NCBI GenBank assembly: GCA_008632985.1
Contig: QPGO01000008.1
Coordinates: forward strand, 476,979-540,978
Source: Psammoneis japonica
Lineage: Eukaryota
DNA length: 64,000 bases
Direction: 5' to 3'
The translations under genes were made by a program, and so were the position numbers. Within the stretch, counting starts at the first letter, position 1. Every line of letters starts with the position of its first letter. The notes below the pieces were generated by a model. It was not told the DNA's origin and did no database searches. It saw only the letters and a program-made list of their open reading frames with translations. Positions 60,807-64,000 of this stretch are shown here, in pieces.

Positions 60807-62642
60807 ATGAGATTGTCAATGTTGGCGGTAGCTGCTGCCATTGCAGCTCCTTGCTATGAGGCTTTTGCTCCGCATACCCGCCTCGCCCCGAGAACAATTC
60901 AGTCGAACGCGAAGAATGCCTTGGTTATGAAGGACTTTCCTAAACCCAACGTGGAGGACACAGACAACTACAGGGCAGGCGAGGCTTTATCGAGTAGCTT
61001 CAAAACAACCCTGAAAGCTACTCCGGATGAAAAGAAAAAAGTTGCCATCATTGGAGGCGGGCTGTCAGGATTGGCCTGTGCAAAGTATCTTGTTGATGCC
61101 GGACATGAGCCTGTCGTGTACGAAGCCAGAGATGTCCTCGGCGGCAAAGTTTCTGCTTGGCAAGACGAAGATGGCGACTGGATTGAGACGGGGCTTCATA
61201 TTTTCTTCGGCGCATATCCCAACATGATGAATCTTTTCTCGGAATTGGATATTCACGATCGTCTTCAGTGGAAAATCCATCAAATGATCTTCGCCATGCA
61301 AGAGCTTCCTGGCGAGTTTACAACTTTTGACTTTATTCCTGGAATTCCTGCTCCCTTCAATTTTGCCTTGGCCATTCTGATGAATCAGAAAATGTTGACT
61401 CTTCCGGAAAAGCTGCAGACTGCCCCTCCCCTGTTGCCCATGCTTGTCGAGGGCCAGTCGTTTATTGATGCACAAGATGAGCTGAGTGTGACTGAGTTCA
61501 TGCGAAAGTTTGGAATGCCCGAACGCATCAACGAAGAGGTCTTTATTGCCATGGCCAAGGCTCTCGACTTTATTGATCCGGACAAACTCAGTATGACTGT
61601 GGTGTTGACAGCCATGAACAGATTCCTCAACGAATCCAATGGTTTGCAAATGGCATTCTTGGACGGAAACCAACCCGATCGTCTCTGTGCTCCCATGAAG
61701 GCACACATTGAAGCCGGCGGTGGAAAAGTGATTCTTAACAGCCCCGTCAAGGAAATTGTTACCAACGATGATGGTACCGTAAAGCATCTGTTGATGCGTT
61801 CCGGCGAAAAGGTGGTCGCCGACGAATACGTTTCCGCCATGCCGGTGGACATTGTGAAACGCATGGTCCCGAAAAAGTGGGCCAACATGCCTTACTTTAG
61901 ACAGTTCGACGAACTCGAGGGTATTCCCGTCATTAATCTACACATGTGGTTTGATCGCAAGCTCAAGGCCGTCGACCACTTGTGCTTCTCAAGGTCTCCT
62001 TTATTGAGTGTTTATGCTGACATGTCGGTCACATGCAAGGAATACGAAGACCCGGATGCATCCATGTTGGAGCTTGTGTTTGCTCCCTGCAGTCCTCTTG
62101 CCGGAGGAAACGTAAACTGGATAAGTAAGTCGGACGAAGAGATTATTGATGCCACCATGGGTGAGTTGGCTAGGCTTTTCCCTACGGAGATTGCCGCAGA
62201 CGACAAATGGCCCGCCACCAAGAACCAAGGTCCACAAGGCCAAGCCCGTCTCAAGAAGTATGCCGTTGTCAAGGTTCCTCGCAGTGTATACGCTGCCATT
62301 CCTGGGCGCAACAAGTACCGTCCCTCGCAAACCACTCCTATCCCACACTTCACAATGGCTGGTGATTGGACATCTCAGAAATTTTTGGGAAGTATGGAGG
62401 GTGCTGTGCTTGGAGGCAAGCTTGCCGCTGAGGTGGTGAGCAACCGCGCCAAGGGAAACGCCGATAAGCCCATCAAGGAAATCCAACCAGAGATTGTAGA
62501 GGCTGCGGCATCGCACGAGGCCAAGAATCCTCTCGGTGTCAAGGGAGAAGGAGCCATTGCCTTTGGTGGGGGTGCTGTTCTGACGAAGAAAGAGGAGAAG
62601 CGTTTGAAGCAAGAAGATCCTAGCCAGTTCGTTACCGCTTAA
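60807..62642 (+). CDS. PDS: Phytoene desaturase (15-cis-phytoene desaturase)
   Basis: [58 protein letters not shown] and SMEGAVLGG; plastid presequence. Confidence 0.97.
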   Translation: MRLSMLAVAAAIAAPCYEAFAPHTRLAPRTIQSNAKNALVMKDFPKPNVEDTDNYRAGEALSSSFKTTLKATPDEKKKVAIIGGGLSGLACAKYLVDAGHEPVVYEARDVLGGKVSAWQDEDGDWIETGLHIFFGAYPNMMNLFSELDIHDRLQWKIHQMIFAMQELPGEFTTFDFIPGIPAPFNFALAILMNQKMLTLPEKLQTAPPLLPMLVEGQSFIDAQDELSVTEFMRKFGMPERINEEVFIAMAKALDFIDPDKLSMTVVLTAMNRFLNESNGLQMAFLDGNQPDRLCAPMKAHIEAGGGKVILNSPVKEIVTNDDGTVKHLLMRSGEKVVADEYVSAMPVDIVKRMVPKKWANMPYFRQFDELEGIPVINLHMWFDRKLKAVDHLCFSRSPLLSVYADMSVTCKEYEDPDASMLELVFAPCSPLAGGNVNWISKSDEEIIDATMGELARLFPTEIAADDKWPATKNQGPQGQARLKKYAVVKVPRSVYAAIPGRNKYRPSQTTPIPHFTMAGDWTSQKFLGSMEGAVLGGKLAAEVVSNRAKGNADKPIKEIQPEIVEAAASHEAKNPLGVKGEGAIAFGGGAVLTKKEEKRLKQEDPSQFVTA

Positions 62643-63263
62643 AATAATGCTTTTTGAGTGTGAAAGGCTAAAGGATAGTTGTTACACTAGCAGTATGATA
62701 AGGTAGGATCGACACTTATGCAATAGGCATTGGAGCTCAATTTCAAATTGCTCTCTCGGTCTTGCTGCTAGAAGAGATTGTAAGTATTTCAAGTTTGTGG
62801 CGGCCACAAGAAGAGGTGTCTGATGTTAGCCATGGCAGTGCATTTTTGCATTGGTAGATCAAACTACGGTTTTCATCTTGGTGGCAAACAGCGAAAAAAG
62901 AAGAGTTTGGCAGACATAGTAGATGTAACGTTCGTCCAGTGTTCAAGTGGGCGGCAAGCACAACAAAAGGCAGTGAACCATGCAGACCATGTAATTCCCT
63001 CGACTGTTTGGGAGTTGATGAATACTCTGAAGAATCGGTGTCGTCTACTGAGGAGGTATGTTGTGTTTCCTGAGCTTCGAGGGAGAGGTTTTCAACGATT
63101 GATTCTTTTCTCTTTCGCTTGATCGAAAAACTCTAGCGTTTTATCTTGCTATTGACAATCTCTGTGATGACTTTCTGGATTAGAGCCTCGCTTATTTCTT
63201 CGTCGTCTTCAAAGTTTCTGACTCTAATTCTCTTACTCTCGCAACGGATAGCACATCAGCTTT

Positions 63264-63437
63264 CTACTTGATCTTGTGCTCGTTAAACAAAACCCGTCGT
63301 CTGACAACAGGGTCATACTTTACAAAGGCAAGCTTCTCGGGATTCTTGGTGACATTCTTTCTCGTCGTGTAGAAGAACCCGGTCCCCGCTGAACTCAAAA
63401 GCTTGATGGGTATTGTCTTGCCTTTGCCACGGGCCAT
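63264..63437 (-). CDS. rpmG: Ribosomal protein L33 (bL33, probably mitochondrial)
   Basis: [28 protein letters not shown]...[14 protein letters not shown]. Confidence 0.93.
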   Translation of the reverse strand: MARGKGKTIPIKLLSSAGTGFFYTTRKNVTKNPEKLAFVKYDPVVRRRVLFNEHKIK

Positions 63438-64000
63438 GCAGACTGCTCGCGTTGCGTGCATGTTCGATTTGCTGTGTTCGAGAAAAGTTCTACACGTGAG
63501 AATGTAACCTGCTGCTCCACGAATCGACAAGTGGTGGAGCGGTACTGTATTGTAGCCTAGAGGCAACAGAAACGGGGAGGCAAAAGGGTTGGGTTGGGCA
63601 CTTTGGACTTCGCTGATGAAAACGAAAGTTATTGTGTCGTCATGGCCGCATGCCGCATGATGCATGATGCGTCGTTGTTAGTGTGTCGGCGCGAAAATGA
63701 TGAGCGGCGTCAGAGTGAGTGTGGAAGCTCAAGCGTCTGCGTTACGCGCGCTCCATCAACCGTGCACGCATACCATAGGGCCCCTACATACATACATCAG
63801 AGGTGCATAAATCGTCTGTTGTCGTTCGCACACGCGCATTCGCACACTCAGCGCGTGTTGATTGCGCGCAAGGAAGCACACGCGCGGACGACAAGACGAT
63901 TTATTACTACTTTTGCCCTCCAAAATCTTTGAGCGTCTTGACAAAACGACGAGAGACGAAAGAGAACAACATGCAACGAAGTCTTTGCTCTGCCTCATAG

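Noticed and set aside
61065..62612. Long antisense ORFs opposite PDS (also opposite other genes, e.g. 26101-26793)
   Set aside because: Shadow ORFs arising from codon usage of the real gene.
62700..63260. Possible small gene or snoRNA between PDS and L33
   Set aside because: No recognisable protein motif or well-formed box C/D pair with a terminal stem.

Overview
Eukaryotic nuclear DNA, most likely from a diatom: short GT-AG introns, bipartite plastid-targeting N-termini, and diatom-type PDS, PsbP and FKBP genes. It alternates between two compartments. (1) Compact gene-dense blocks with about 24 genes: an FAD-oxidoreductase-SelD fusion, RING-H2, a TPR protein, ALDH, three clustered mitochondrial L7/L12 paralogs, FKBP, a GT-like protein, M48 peptidase, AKR, R3H, two Shewanella-like phosphatases, a WW-MATE fusion, GINS Psf1, PsbP, PDS and L33. 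(2) Sharply bounded blocks of decayed repeats (about 1-6880, 10200-18950, 39200-40230, 48900-51150) that have lost almost all CpG and also almost all TpA. In recognisable RT motifs, Tyr codons appear converted to His/Cys, which points to a directed TpA->CpA/TpG hypermutation, a possible unusual repeat-defence process. The repeat blocks contain an apparently endonuclease-less Penelope-like element with three hammerhead-ribozyme-like motifs in its terminal repeats, a LINE relic interrupted by an insert with a 29-bp flanking duplication, and a younger 917-bp MITE. All calls are by eye; no searches or counts were run.
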